Source of the DNA: a virus
Direction: 5' to 3' (one strand)
Virus record (IMG/VR): IMGVR_UViG_3300042691_047309
Location: 111,895 to 175,894 of that record
DNA: 64,000 bases
Every line of letters starts with the position of its first letter. Position 1 is the first letter of the stretch. The notes under the pieces were generated by a model. It was not told the origin of the DNA. It ran no database searches and saw only the letters and a list, made by a program, of their open reading frames with translations. Position numbers and translations under genes: made by a program. Shown here one piece after another: positions 28,323-38,327 of the stretch.

Positions 28323-31112
28323 TTAAAAATTATATTTGAAAGAAAGACTTATTGATTGACCAAAGTTTATTTCCTGCCATCTATTGTCACCAGATGTATA
28401 TTTTCTATTACCATCTAAATCTTGAAATAAAATCAAATCTTGAGATATAATATCTTTGATATTCAGTTTAAGCTCACAATTTTTAATTGTCTTAGAAATT
28501 TGTAAATCAATTACATTTCTACCATTTTCCCAAACAGATGGCTCTTGAACATTACCAACTATATAAATCCTTTGGCCTATTAGGTTGTATGAAATTGTCG
28601 CTGTGAAATCCTTTTTAGGGGATGTGTAAAATAAACCAGAATTTATTATAAAAGGTGATTGTCCCTGTAGAGGTCTATTTTCAGATCCATGAAAACCTTC
28701 TAAATTAACTTCAGACTTAATAAGTGATGCATTTGTGTATATTGATAGATTTTCAAATTTACTGGATATAAATTTTAAATTAGTTCTCATTTCAATCTCT
28801 GCTCCGAAATTTCTACTTGACTTAGCATTCATGTAATACAATTCTGGAGAACCTGAAGTTCCCGTTCTGTTTATCAACTCTATTGGGTTTATGAATTTTT
28901 TATAGAAACCGGATACTGAAATCATTTGACCACTTTTAGGAAACCACTCCCATCTTAAATCTAAATTATCAATGGTTGCTCTCTCTAATTTAGGATTTCC
29001 AGAAACTATGTTGTCTAAAACAAAGTTATAAAAACTAAATGGTGCTAATTCTCTAAACTCTGGTCTCGAAACTGACTTGAAGTAAGCCGCTCTTATTTTC
29101 ATTTTATCAGTTAGTGAATAGATTAAATTCAATGAAGGTAAAACATCAATAACAGTTGTATCAATTGTCTTTTTTAAGTTACTTCCGAATTCAACATAAT
29201 TAAACTTCTGACTGTAAGACTCAACTCTCACTCCTGTAACAAATCTGAAATTGTTTATTTTTGAATCTGTCATTAGAAATCCAGAGTTGAGAAATGAATT
29301 CGCTGAGTAAGAGTCATCGACATTTGTCGCTTCATCTAATTTGAATCCACCTGTTCCATCGGATAAAAGACCCATATTTTGTTGTGAGAAGATTTCACTC
29401 GCTGGAAGTAAAAGTAACTGTGAGTTGAAATACGAACCTTGTGGTTTATATTGAGAAAATCCAAAGTTTCTTGATATAAATTCTTTGTCTCTAAATTGAT
29501 GCCATCCTCCGAGTTTAATCTCATTTTCTAATTTTGATATATTGACCGGTATTATATAATCATAATTCAAAGACCATATATTTTCACCTGATTTAGACCA
29601 AAACATATTACCAGCAGCTGTTGGAATAGTTCCATTTGATTGTATGACAGCCGCGTATTGTTGAGTCGTATCATCTTCGTATAAAGAGTATTTTCTATAA
29701 ACTATTCTTCTTAAATTCGGAATATCTCTTATAACATTTGAATATCCAATATTCCAATTGAATACGGTTTTTTTAATATCGTGTTTTCCAGATAACTGAT
29801 TTGTTAAAATATTATTTTGTGTTAGCCAAAAATTAGTGGATTTTTCCCATTGACGAGGATCATTATCCATTTCACGAACACCGTTTCTAACATTTATTCT
29901 ATCTTCAGAGTTTATTGAATATAAAGATTTCAACTTAATGTTGTTTTTTTGATTAATTTTTAGACTCAAATTCAATAAGTTAGTAAATAATATATTTTTT
30001 GTAAAAACCGAATCTTTTAATTCCATTTTCGTAATTACACCTGAAGCTTGTTCTTCAAAATCTCGCCTGATTGAATTATTCATTGATTCAACATTTTGAT
30101 AAGATGTAGCAAAAATAAGACCTAATTTTGTGTCTTTTTTTAATTTAATTTCTTTACCAATGGTCCATTGTAAAGTTCCACCTGGAAGAGCTAATCTTTG
30201 ATTAGTGGTCCAGTTCCAATTCATCAGTTTAGAATAGTCAGCTCTCTGATTTTTATCAGTTAATAACCAGTCTTCTATTGTTGGTATTCCATCTGGTAGA
30301 TTTCTTGATTTACCAGCAATTCCTAAAAATTCTAAACCAGAATTTTTATTATAATTAAAGTTTCTAAAAGTAGAGATTGTGTTATAATTTAAACCTAAAC
30401 TTAGATTATGTATAACCTTAGCATCAAGTGTTGATACATTTATCACACCACCTGCAAACTCACCAGGTAGGTCTGGAGAACCCGATTTATAAATGACTAA
30501 ATTGTCTAATATATTTGAAGGAAATATATCAAAAGAAAAAGCTCTTTTGTCAGATTCGGTCGATGGTAGAGGACTTCCATTTATAAGTCCAAAATTATAT
30601 CTATCATTAAGTCCTCTTATGATAACGAATTTGTTTTCCTGTATTGAAGCTCCTGAAACTCTTTTAAATACATCAGTAGCTTTAGAATCAGGTGTTTTTT
30701 TAAATTGTTCTGATGTCACTCCATCTAAAGAAACTGCTGATTTATTTTGCATTCTTATAATTTCAGAAGTTGATCCTTTATCAACCGTCATAGTGACTGT
30801 CACTCCCTCAAGCTCCTGTGTTTTAGATTCTAAACTTACAACTATTGAAGTGTCGGAATTTATAGATAATTCTATTAACTTATTTTGATACCCGATATAT
30901 CTGAACTCAATTCTATTAACACCTTTAGATAGATTAATTTTGAAATTACCATCATAATCTGTTCTAGTCCCTGTTTGTTGATTAATTATATATACTGTTG
31001 CACCAAAAAGTGACTCACCTGATTGAGAGTCACTAATGGTTCCAGTTAGTGTTTGTGAAAATGTGTAATAAGAAATAAATAATAATACTACACTTAAAAA
31101 TAAATTTCTCAT
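28323..31112 (-). CDS. TonB-dependent outer-membrane receptor
   Basis: signal peptide; N-terminal CarboxypepD_reg-like domain (LFGATV, TDYDGNF); plug (IIRGLNDRY, PGEFAGG); SRPEFRE, GNPKL; ends in YNF. Confidence 0.92.
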   Translation of the reverse strand: MRNLFLSVVLLFISYYTFSQTLTGTISDSQSGESLFGATVYIINQQTGTRTDYDGNFKINLSKGVNRIEFRYIGYQNKLIELSINSDTSIVVSLESKTQELEGVTVTMTVDKGSTSEIIRMQNKSAVSLDGVTSEQFKKTPDSKATDVFKRVSGASIQENKFVIIRGLNDRYNFGLINGSPLPSTESDKRAFSFDIFPSNILDNLVIYKSGSPDLPGEFAGGVINVSTLDAKVIHNLSLGLNYNTISTFRNFNYNKNSGLEFLGIAGKSRNLPDGIPTIEDWLLTDKNQRADYSKLMNWNWTTNQRLALPGGTLQWTIGKEIKLKKDTKLGLIFATSYQNVESMNNSIRRDFEEQASGVITKMELKDSVFTKNILFTNLLNLSLKINQKNNIKLKSLYSINSEDRINVRNGVREMDNDPRQWEKSTNFWLTQNNILTNQLSGKHDIKKTVFNWNIGYSNVIRDIPNLRRIVYRKYSLYEDDTTQQYAAVIQSNGTIPTAAGNMFWSKSGENIWSLNYDYIIPVNISKLENEIKLGGWHQFRDKEFISRNFGFSQYKPQGSYFNSQLLLLPASEIFSQQNMGLLSDGTGGFKLDEATNVDDSYSANSFLNSGFLMTDSKINNFRFVTGVRVESYSQKFNYVEFGSNLKKTIDTTVIDVLPSLNLIYSLTDKMKIRAAYFKSVSRPEFRELAPFSFYNFVLDNIVSGNPKLERATIDNLDLRWEWFPKSGQMISVSGFYKKFINPIELINRTGTSGSPELYYMNAKSSRNFGAEIEMRTNLKFISSKFENLSIYTNASLIKSEVNLEGFHGSENRPLQGQSPFIINSGLFYTSPKKDFTATISYNLIGQRIYIVGNVQEPSVWENGRNVIDLQISKTIKNCELKLNIKDIISQDLILFQDLDGNRKYTSGDNRWQEINFGQSISLSFKYNF

Positions 31113-32671
31113 TTATTGATAGTTATCGTTTTTGTAATATCTCCTACTTTTACAAAGTAGATTCCACTTGATAAATTTGATAAATTAATATAAGAGTCAT
31201 TAGTAGAGATTAAATTCTTACCTAAATTATCTGATATCGAGACTATAACATTTCTGTCTGACTTGATATTTATGTAATCAGTAGCAGGATTTGGATAAAC
31301 AACTACATCTGAATTAGAAATTTCAGAAACAGTCAAAAATCCACCTTGAAATTTAGGGTTGGTGAAGTCAGCTCCTGTTGATACTGTAGAATTATTATTT
31401 AGTCTGAAATCTGGATTATTTGAAAAAGCATCAACCCAAGAAATTTGATCTATTGATTTAGTAGTATCATTTGAATTCTGATTAAAAAATGTTGAATAAA
31501 ATTGTGTAGTAGCTGTTACTAAATTAAATCCGGTTGTGAATTCAACTAAATCATTATTTGCGAAAACTAAATTTCCATTTGATATATTTGTTTCAACTGG
31601 TAATCCTTCAATTGATAGCCCCTTTTCCCAACCAGTAACTAAAGAGTTAAATATTGAAATTGAAGAGTTTCTTCTTATTCTGAAAGATTTCTCAAATTTC
31701 TCACCAACTGGAAGTTGAATACTACCATCACCTTTTGGTCCTATGATTGTGAAGTTTGAAAATATAGCCGATGTTTGTGGTGTATTTGATGAACCTTGAG
31801 CATCATTGTCTGATTCAAAACAATTTGAATCACCCGCAGCATCTGATAAATATTGAGTTCTTATTGATAATCCAAATTGAACTTTTCCTCTATATCCAAA
31901 ATCAGTATCGAAATCATCATCAGTTCCTTTAAAAGCAATCAAGTGTCTGCAATTAACAGTTCCGCCAAACCATTCAAATGAATCATCTCCTGAAAAAGAA
32001 ACTTGAACGAAATCAACTTCTGTTTCACTACCTACGGATCCAAAAGTCAAACCATTTATTTCTTTGTTAGGCTCTAGTGCAATTCCTGCAAATTCTATTC
32101 TAACATATTTTAATATTCCCGAATTGTCTAAGTCATTACTTCCACCATACTCGGTATTGGAAGTTGGTGAAATTCCTTCAATATTTGCAACTCCACCAGG
32201 TTGGTTATTAGTTGCTTGTCCTAAGATCACCAGACCACCCCAATCACCTTCAGCTCTTAGACCGACATTTTGTGAAGAAGTGAAAACTATTGGATTTGTT
32301 GATGTGCCTTCTGCTATTATTTTTGAGCCTTTTGTTATAATCAAACTACCTTGAGTGGAACCATCTCCTCTGATTATAGTTCCTGGTAGAATTGTTAATA
32401 CTGCTCCATTTTTAACATAAACTTTATTTTCTAATAGAACTACTCCAGAGATGGTTGTATTTGTAGTAATATCGTTATTTAAGGTTGAAGTAATTTGAGG
32501 ATAATAGGTATTTTCAGGATCGAAATTTGACCAACCATCTGTCCAGTCTGTCTGAGATGTTCCATCTGTCACCGGAAATGCTCCTTTATAGCTTGTTGAT
32601 GTCCAAAATGCTTGCTGACTTAATAACAAATTAGAAATGCAAATTGTAATTAATGTAATTAATTTTTTCAT
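31109..32671 (-). CDS. secreted beta-helix-like protein with T9SS type A C-terminal sorting domain
   Basis: signal peptide; GDWGGLVILG, DNSGILKYVRIEFAG, DDSFEWFGG; CTD VYPNPATD...INLSNLSSGIYFVK. Confidence 0.85.
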   Translation of the reverse strand: MKKLITLITICISNLLLSQQAFWTSTSYKGAFPVTDGTSQTDWTDGWSNFDPENTYYPQITSTLNNDITTNTTISGVVLLENKVYVKNGAVLTILPGTIIRGDGSTQGSLIITKGSKIIAEGTSTNPIVFTSSQNVGLRAEGDWGGLVILGQATNNQPGGVANIEGISPTSNTEYGGSNDLDNSGILKYVRIEFAGIALEPNKEINGLTFGSVGSETEVDFVQVSFSGDDSFEWFGGTVNCRHLIAFKGTDDDFDTDFGYRGKVQFGLSIRTQYLSDAAGDSNCFESDNDAQGSSNTPQTSAIFSNFTIIGPKGDGSIQLPVGEKFEKSFRIRRNSSISIFNSLVTGWEKGLSIEGLPVETNISNGNLVFANNDLVEFTTGFNLVTATTQFYSTFFNQNSNDTTKSIDQISWVDAFSNNPDFRLNNNSTVSTGADFTNPKFQGGFLTVSEISNSDVVVYPNPATDYINIKSDRNVIVSISDNLGKNLISTNDSYINLSNLSSGIYFVKVGDITKTITINK

Positions 32672-32781
32672 AATTTTTTTTTGTTTTTTATTTTTATATA
32701 TGTGATTTGTCTAAATCAATAAAAAACACAAAAATCATCTAAACTATTGCTGGGTAATAGTTTCAAACGATTTTTACTTTT

Positions 32782-32809
32782 GTTAAGAAATCGTTAAGAA
32801 AAGGTTATA
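32782..32809 (-). promoter_or_regulatory. 11-bp-period direct repeat (Pho-box / OmpR-family-like operator)
   Basis: GTTAAG at 32782 and 32793, GTTATA at 32804, upstream of the T9SS-cargo/TBDR operon. Confidence 0.5.
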
Positions 32810-32835
32810 AAATCAGCACATCTAATATATAACCT

Positions 32836-33180
32836 ATGAAACTTGACATAAATGAAGTATATCATAACTATATTGTTAGAGTGGTAATTTTTTCACTCTT
32901 CACTTATAAGAGATTAGTTAGGCAGCCAAATGTATATAAACAATCTGTTCTTTCGTTTGTGACTAAAAGAGTTGCATGGAAAATACATCTTGTTATAGAT
33001 ACTGGTCTTCAAATGTCAAAAGATGAAGAAAGAGATATAGTATTAAATGAGTTACTCGAAGGAATTGAATCTGATTATCTAACAACAGTAACTGTTACTT
33101 TTACAACACCACTTAAAGAAATAACAATAGAGGTTGATTTAAAAGATGAAGATAAATACCAAAACTTTCTGTACTTATAA
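32836..33180 (+). CDS. hypothetical protein (internal RDIVLNELL motif)
   Basis: 114 aa; TAATATATA at 32823-32831. Confidence 0.5.
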   Translation: MKLDINEVYHNYIVRVVIFSLFTYKRLVRQPNVYKQSVLSFVTKRVAWKIHLVIDTGLQMSKDEERDIVLNELLEGIESDYLTTVTVTFTTPLKEITIEVDLKDEDKYQNFLYL

Positions 33181-33195
33181 TTTAATATATAAAGT

Positions 33196-33867
33196 ATGAA
33201 ATATTTAAGTAATTGGAAACAAATAAATGAAGCTGATAATCAACTAACTGAAGAAACACCAAGTAGATCTGGTAGAGTATTAACTCAAGCTCAGCGAGAG
33301 TGGAATGATGATTCTTCTATAGAAAGAGGTGATAATTTACCTTCAGTTCTCTTTACTGATGTTGAGGGATCTTCTGAAAAATGGTCAAGTGATGCTGTAA
33401 CAATGATGGAGCAATTGAAAGGACATCATGAGTTAGTTAATAGAATTTCTAAAAAGTATAACGGATGGATTGTTAAAACAATAGGAGATGCTTTTATGAT
33501 ATATTTTGAACCAAATACTGATTCACTAACAAATGCAATTAAATGTGGTAAAGAGATAATTTTGTCTGAAAAAAACTATAATTTAAGAGTTGGGGTTTGC
33601 CAGGGTCCGATGCAAGAAGATACTTATGAGTTACAAAAGGTAACTCTAAGAGATTTTTATGGTAACTCTATAAATGTTGCATCTAGAATGGAGTCTAAAA
33701 TCGCAGAAGCTGCCGGTTATATTGCTTTTACATCACTTGAGCCAATTAGTAAAAATATTATATCTCAGTATAGTAAAACAATTGGTGAGGTTTTAGATGT
33801 TGATTTAAGTAAATTTGATCTAAAAGGAGCTAAAACCGAATCTGCTTATAGAATAAAAGTAAAATGA
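33196..33867 (+). CDS. class III adenylate/guanylate cyclase
   Basis: LFTDVEGSS, VKTIGDAFM, RVG, DFYGNSINVASRME; TAATATATA at 33183-33191. Confidence 0.9.
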   Translation: MKYLSNWKQINEADNQLTEETPSRSGRVLTQAQREWNDDSSIERGDNLPSVLFTDVEGSSEKWSSDAVTMMEQLKGHHELVNRISKKYNGWIVKTIGDAFMIYFEPNTDSLTNAIKCGKEIILSEKNYNLRVGVCQGPMQEDTYELQKVTLRDFYGNSINVASRMESKIAEAAGYIAFTSLEPISKNIISQYSKTIGEVLDVDLSKFDLKGAKTESAYRIKVK

Positions 33868-33904
33868 TTTTACTTTATTAAATTTTTTTTAGTATATTTG
33901 TAAT

Positions 33905-34120
33905 ATGTTTATCTGTGTTAGTAATACATCAAATAGAAGTGAATTAGAAATAGGAAAATACTATGACTTATTTAAACATGAGCAACACCCAAAAGTTGTT
34001 TGGGTAAAAATACCCGATTCATCTAATACTGTTGGTTACAGAACTATTCAATGTTATTTAGCTGACTTTAAAAATAAAGGTCAATGGAGAAATGATCAGA
34101 TTGATAAGATTTTAGATTAA
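33905..34120 (+). CDS. small hypothetical protein with C-terminal WRNDQIDKILD
   Basis: 71 aa after TATATTTG at 33893-33900. Confidence 0.55.
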   Translation: MFICVSNTSNRSELEIGKYYDLFKHEQHPKVVWVKIPDSSNTVGYRTIQCYLADFKNKGQWRNDQIDKILD

Positions 34121-35451
34121 TCTTCCCAAAAGAAATAGACAAACTTATCTGGCCATCTGTAATCAAAGTGTGCAAAACCATATAACTCTGCAACTCTTTC
34201 TAATCTATCATCAGTATTTCTTGGAAGTTCTCCGTCATACTCGATTGAGTCAAATTCAACATAAACATTATCATCATGTTCTGTGACATCTAAAATATGT
34301 AAGCCAGTATGATGTTCGAAATTGGACCTGAACTCATTGGTATCAAATTTCTTTTCACCAACTCTTTCGTCTTTCTTTTTGAATTTAAAATCAATTGTGT
34401 GAAATTTAATATCTGTTTGTTCACCTTCACTTGAATAAGGCTCGAATTTCACTAAAGACCAACCTAAATCTGAAAGTCTAGCAATTACCACTTGCATTTC
34501 ATCACAAATTCTAACAAAGTCTTCATAGGTCTTAAATTTATCATTTTTAAAGAATCTTATAAAAAACTGAGAAACCAAAACACCGCTACTCATTTTTATT
34601 TGTGGTTGGAAACTGGTATCACCATCTAAATATTGTTGATAAGTAATACCACCACCATGTGATATAAATTTTATATCATATCCATCATCAATAAAATCTA
34701 GCATAGTATCAACTATTTGTGAAGTAACATCTTTGTTATCAACACTTTCTTTAATGACGTATCTGTCATTCTTTCTAATTGCTAACTTACCATCAATAAA
34801 TTTATAAAACTTATATTTCTTATCAATTGATGTTACTAAATAATATGCATCTGGATTAAGTGCTTTATATCTTTGAATATTACCTTCTACTTTAACTCCA
34901 TCAACTTCACCACCCTGTTGTTTAGCATAAGCCCATTGAATATAGTGTGGATCAACGTGACGTGATCTTAAAGCATCTTGGTCAATAGAGGTTTGTAAAG
35001 TAGAAAGTAAATGAATGAATATTATTTTATATTTATTTTGTCTAGCATTATCATAAATCTCTTTTATGTGTTCATATCCTTTATCTGTGAATTCTTTTCC
35101 AGCACCAGTTGTGTCATAGATAAAGTTTTGACCAGTTTCCATAAACTCCATCATTCTTAGAAGATTTAATTCAGAAGCATTCTTAGTTCTACCACCTTCT
35201 TTTTTTTCTCTACCTCTGTAATAAACATTTGGATCTTTTGTAAAAAGAAGTGAAACATCATCAGTTGAGAAGTCTTTAATGTTTCTATTTTTAGTATGAA
35301 TATGATTTTTAACAAAGTAAGACTTTCCGATACCTGGTGCTCCAATCAAGAAGATAGCTAGTCCTCTACTCATTCCAATGATTTCTGGAATCGGCTCGTT
35401 TTTAGAAACTTCTTCTAAAATAAATTGGTTATATTCCTTAATAAATTTCAT
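34117..35451 (-). CDS. zeta-toxin/AAA_33-like P-loop kinase fused to a C-terminal domain
   Basis: GAPGIGKS, STDD, FIYDTTG, RSRHV lid; MKFIKEYNQFILE tag; TAATATATA at 35461-35469 (-). Confidence 0.7.
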   Translation of the reverse strand: MKFIKEYNQFILEEVSKNEPIPEIIGMSRGLAIFLIGAPGIGKSYFVKNHIHTKNRNIKDFSTDDVSLLFTKDPNVYYRGREKKEGGRTKNASELNLLRMMEFMETGQNFIYDTTGAGKEFTDKGYEHIKEIYDNARQNKYKIIFIHLLSTLQTSIDQDALRSRHVDPHYIQWAYAKQQGGEVDGVKVEGNIQRYKALNPDAYYLVTSIDKKYKFYKFIDGKLAIRKNDRYVIKESVDNKDVTSQIVDTMLDFIDDGYDIKFISHGGGITYQQYLDGDTSFQPQIKMSSGVLVSQFFIRFFKNDKFKTYEDFVRICDEMQVVIARLSDLGWSLVKFEPYSSEGEQTDIKFHTIDFKFKKKDERVGEKKFDTNEFRSNFEHHTGLHILDVTEHDDNVYVEFDSIEYDGELPRNTDDRLERVAELYGFAHFDYRWPDKFVYFFWED

Positions 35452-35492
35452 ACTATATTGTATATATTAAAATTGTTTATTATATTTGTCGT

Positions 35493-36347
35493 ATGAGAGG
35501 ATTTAGAATTTACAACAAACAAGAACTATTCAATTCGATTGAAAAAATCACGGTTGAAAAAATTGAAGACCAAGTTATCACAAAGTATAACGGTCGTGTC
35601 ACACAGGTGGCAAATGTCTCAAAAAGATATGAGATATTTGATATTGTTAAATATCTAAAAGATAAGATTGAACTTATTGAACAAAACTTTACTATTTCTA
35701 AATATCAATTGTTGATTAGAAAAGGTCAACAATACCTTCAACTTATTTCTGATAGTGTTGAAATCGGAGGTATTCGTTTTTACAAATCCTTTTACATACT
35801 TAACTCAACTGATAAATCACGTAGGCTTAGTTTCTATGCGGGTCTACACTCTGAAAAATATTATTTCATCGGAGCAAACAATGTAGGTATGTCAAGAAAA
35901 CATCTTACTGGTGTCACTGAAGCTGCTGATGTTGCTTCAACCGCATTGAATGGTGAAACTTTTGATGAACAAATTAAAGCTCTTCAAAACTTAGTCGGTC
36001 ACCGTATTCAACTCTCTAAAATACGTGAGGTTATCTTAGGTGATAAAGAGGAAATTCCACAAATCAATCATCGTAAATTTGATGCGTTTAAGAACTCTAT
36101 TCGTTACGCTGATAGTGATGGTCTTATCAGACTTACCAGAGAACAACGTTCTCAATTATATACTGACTCTGAAAGAATGACAGAAGTTAAAGAAGATTTT
36201 TACTTAGATGCTTTCTGGGTTTTCGGAACTTATATGAGATTGTTTAACAAACAAGACTCACATATCATTAAAAATGAAACAGACCGTATTATGAAGATTA
36301 CTCAATGGGCTGTTAGAAACTCAGTGTTGGAGGCACTTGGTATCTAA
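35493..36347 (+). CDS. DUF932-like hypothetical protein, C-terminal RNSVLEALGI
   Basis: VSKRYEI, ILNSTDKS, RKH.G patterns; TATATTTG at 35481-35488. Confidence 0.5.
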   Translation: MRGFRIYNKQELFNSIEKITVEKIEDQVITKYNGRVTQVANVSKRYEIFDIVKYLKDKIELIEQNFTISKYQLLIRKGQQYLQLISDSVEIGGIRFYKSFYILNSTDKSRRLSFYAGLHSEKYYFIGANNVGMSRKHLTGVTEAADVASTALNGETFDEQIKALQNLVGHRIQLSKIREVILGDKEEIPQINHRKFDAFKNSIRYADSDGLIRLTREQRSQLYTDSERMTEVKEDFYLDAFWVFGTYMRLFNKQDSHIIKNETDRIMKITQWAVRNSVLEALGI

Positions 36348-36464
36348 TGAAAAAAATTGGATGCACAGACTATGATAGTATGGGAAACCACGGAAGGTTT
36401 CCTAAAAGAAAAGAGATTGAGCCAAGTCTTATGACTAAATTTATAAATTCAATTAAAAGATTTT

Positions 36465-36947
36465 ATGCTAAGAGAAGATAACACCGGATTTGTAAATTTT
36501 CCTATATCAGGAAAAGTAATTGATAGAATTGAAGGTCTTAAAACCTTTATCTATTTGGTCGCGTTTGAAACATTAGACCTAACTAATGTTCCTTATATAC
36601 TTTCTAATTGCAGATTGAATTTACAAGGAACTCTTGTATCTGATGATGTTACCTTTAGAAAACGATTTACACACAATACACTCGACGAAATTATCGAGTC
36701 ACAATTGGATAGTAACGAGTTTGAAAGTCGTTATTTTCCAAACGTAGATGGAGAAACTCAAGTTTCTATTCCACTAACTACTTCAATTTGTTTGGGTTGG
36801 TCTGAACATACTTATCAATTCAAAGATGGAAATGATTGGGTTTGTACTTTCAGAGATCTAACTAATGAAGGACAGAAGTTATACTATTCAATAAAAAAGC
36901 TTCACAATAATAAAGAAGTAAGAATTTTTACTTTTAACAATATTTAA
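36465..36947 (+). CDS. hypothetical protein
   Basis: 160 aa ORF. Confidence 0.5.
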   Translation: MLREDNTGFVNFPISGKVIDRIEGLKTFIYLVAFETLDLTNVPYILSNCRLNLQGTLVSDDVTFRKRFTHNTLDEIIESQLDSNEFESRYFPNVDGETQVSIPLTTSICLGWSEHTYQFKDGNDWVCTFRDLTNEGQKLYYSIKKLHNNKEVRIFTFNNI

Positions 36948-36993
36948 TATTGTATTTTTCATTTTAATCATTATATTTGTAGAAAATAATTTT

Positions 36994-38316
36994 ATGGCAT
37001 ACGAAAGAAAAACTTACGACCTCTTTATCTCTGACGAACTAAAAGAAGTTTTAGAACAAATTAAATCAGAATCAGTTGTTGCTGATTTGCTTCTTAAACG
37101 CAGACATTCCAAAGAGGACTTGGTTGATGATCCAATAAATTTCGTATCCATTTCATCACAAGATTCAACTCGAATTTCTTACCTTACAACTGAGCGTATA
37201 GGTATGATAAACGAGGGTGAATTTTGGACATCCTCTCGTAGATTTCACATGAAACCAGGTGGTTTTATTTCTAAAGTTTTTAAGAATATTTCTGCAAAAG
37301 ATGTTGAGGTTTTTTCAAATCTTTACCGTTCAGAGGTTCGAAAACCTAAATTTGAATTTAAAATTGTAAATGGTGAAGATATCAGAAGATATTACCATTA
37401 TGATTACCACGCAAATGACTATGGAAGTCTTGGTGTTTCTTGTATGAGATATGAATCTTGTCAAAAACTATTCAATATGTATGTCGAAAACTCTGATAAA
37501 ATTTCTTTGTTACTTATGTTAAACGAAGATGGTCGAGTTATGGGTCGAACTCTTCTTTGGAACTTCGATGGGAATAGAATTATGGATAGGATTTATTCTG
37601 TCAATGACGAACAACTACCTTTTTATTTTAAGAAGTGGGCAACTGAAAACGGTTACTACTATAAATCACAACAAAATTGGTATAACTCAATTCAATTTGA
37701 AAGACTAGGAGAGGGTAAAAAATTATTAAAGTTAGACGTTAAGTTAGATAGTTTTGATTTTAGATACTATCCTTATATGGACACTTTTAAGTTCTTCAAT
37801 CCCGATACAGGAACATTCTCTAATTACCGACCAGAAGGTAGAGATCATTATACACTTTGTTCATCTGATGGAAGCAAATATGATTGGAACTATCTTGAGT
37901 ACGATGATTTTGATAAAGTTTATCGTCATAGAGGAGAGACCGTAAGACTTAATTATCTTAATATGAATGCTCACCCTGATAGATGTAACTATTCTGAAAT
38001 ACATGACCAATACTTGTTAAGTGATCATTCTCAATGGAGAGACGATTTAAGAGATTATGTTTTTAGTGGTGAATATTCAAACTTGAATGATGTGAATAGA
38101 ATCGAACAAAGAATTAAAGATAATGAGGAATATGAAAAAGAGAGAGAATCTCGTAGAAGTAGAAGGGGATATTCTATTTCACAGAGAATATTAGAATCAC
38201 TTTCTAATCCTCAAAGTGAGATTGATATGTCAAGTCTTTATCAACAATATGTAACCTCAGGATCAGCATTCGACCAAATTAATATATCAACACAAACAGA
38301 ATCTACAGAAGAATAA
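36994..38316 (+). CDS. conserved phage hypothetical protein
   Basis: SLGVSCMR, GRTLLW, MDRIY, YPYMDTF motifs; TATATTTG at 36972-36979. Confidence 0.6.
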   Translation: MAYERKTYDLFISDELKEVLEQIKSESVVADLLLKRRHSKEDLVDDPINFVSISSQDSTRISYLTTERIGMINEGEFWTSSRRFHMKPGGFISKVFKNISAKDVEVFSNLYRSEVRKPKFEFKIVNGEDIRRYYHYDYHANDYGSLGVSCMRYESCQKLFNMYVENSDKISLLLMLNEDGRVMGRTLLWNFDGNRIMDRIYSVNDEQLPFYFKKWATENGYYYKSQQNWYNSIQFERLGEGKKLLKLDVKLDSFDFRYYPYMDTFKFFNPDTGTFSNYRPEGRDHYTLCSSDGSKYDWNYLEYDDFDKVYRHRGETVRLNYLNMNAHPDRCNYSEIHDQYLLSDHSQWRDDLRDYVFSGEYSNLNDVNRIEQRIKDNEEYEKERESRRSRRGYSISQRILESLSNPQSEIDMSSLYQQYVTSGSAFDQINISTQTESTEE

Positions 38317-38327
38317 AAAAAAGAGAT

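Noticed and set aside
33196-33867. Pycsar or CBASS defence cyclase
   Set aside because: ATP-type specificity residues, no adjacent TIR or TM effector, and a late phage promoter.
34117-35451. Epsilon-zeta toxin-antitoxin pair
   Set aside because: No co-oriented small antitoxin gene upstream; only general P-loop kinase similarity is supported.
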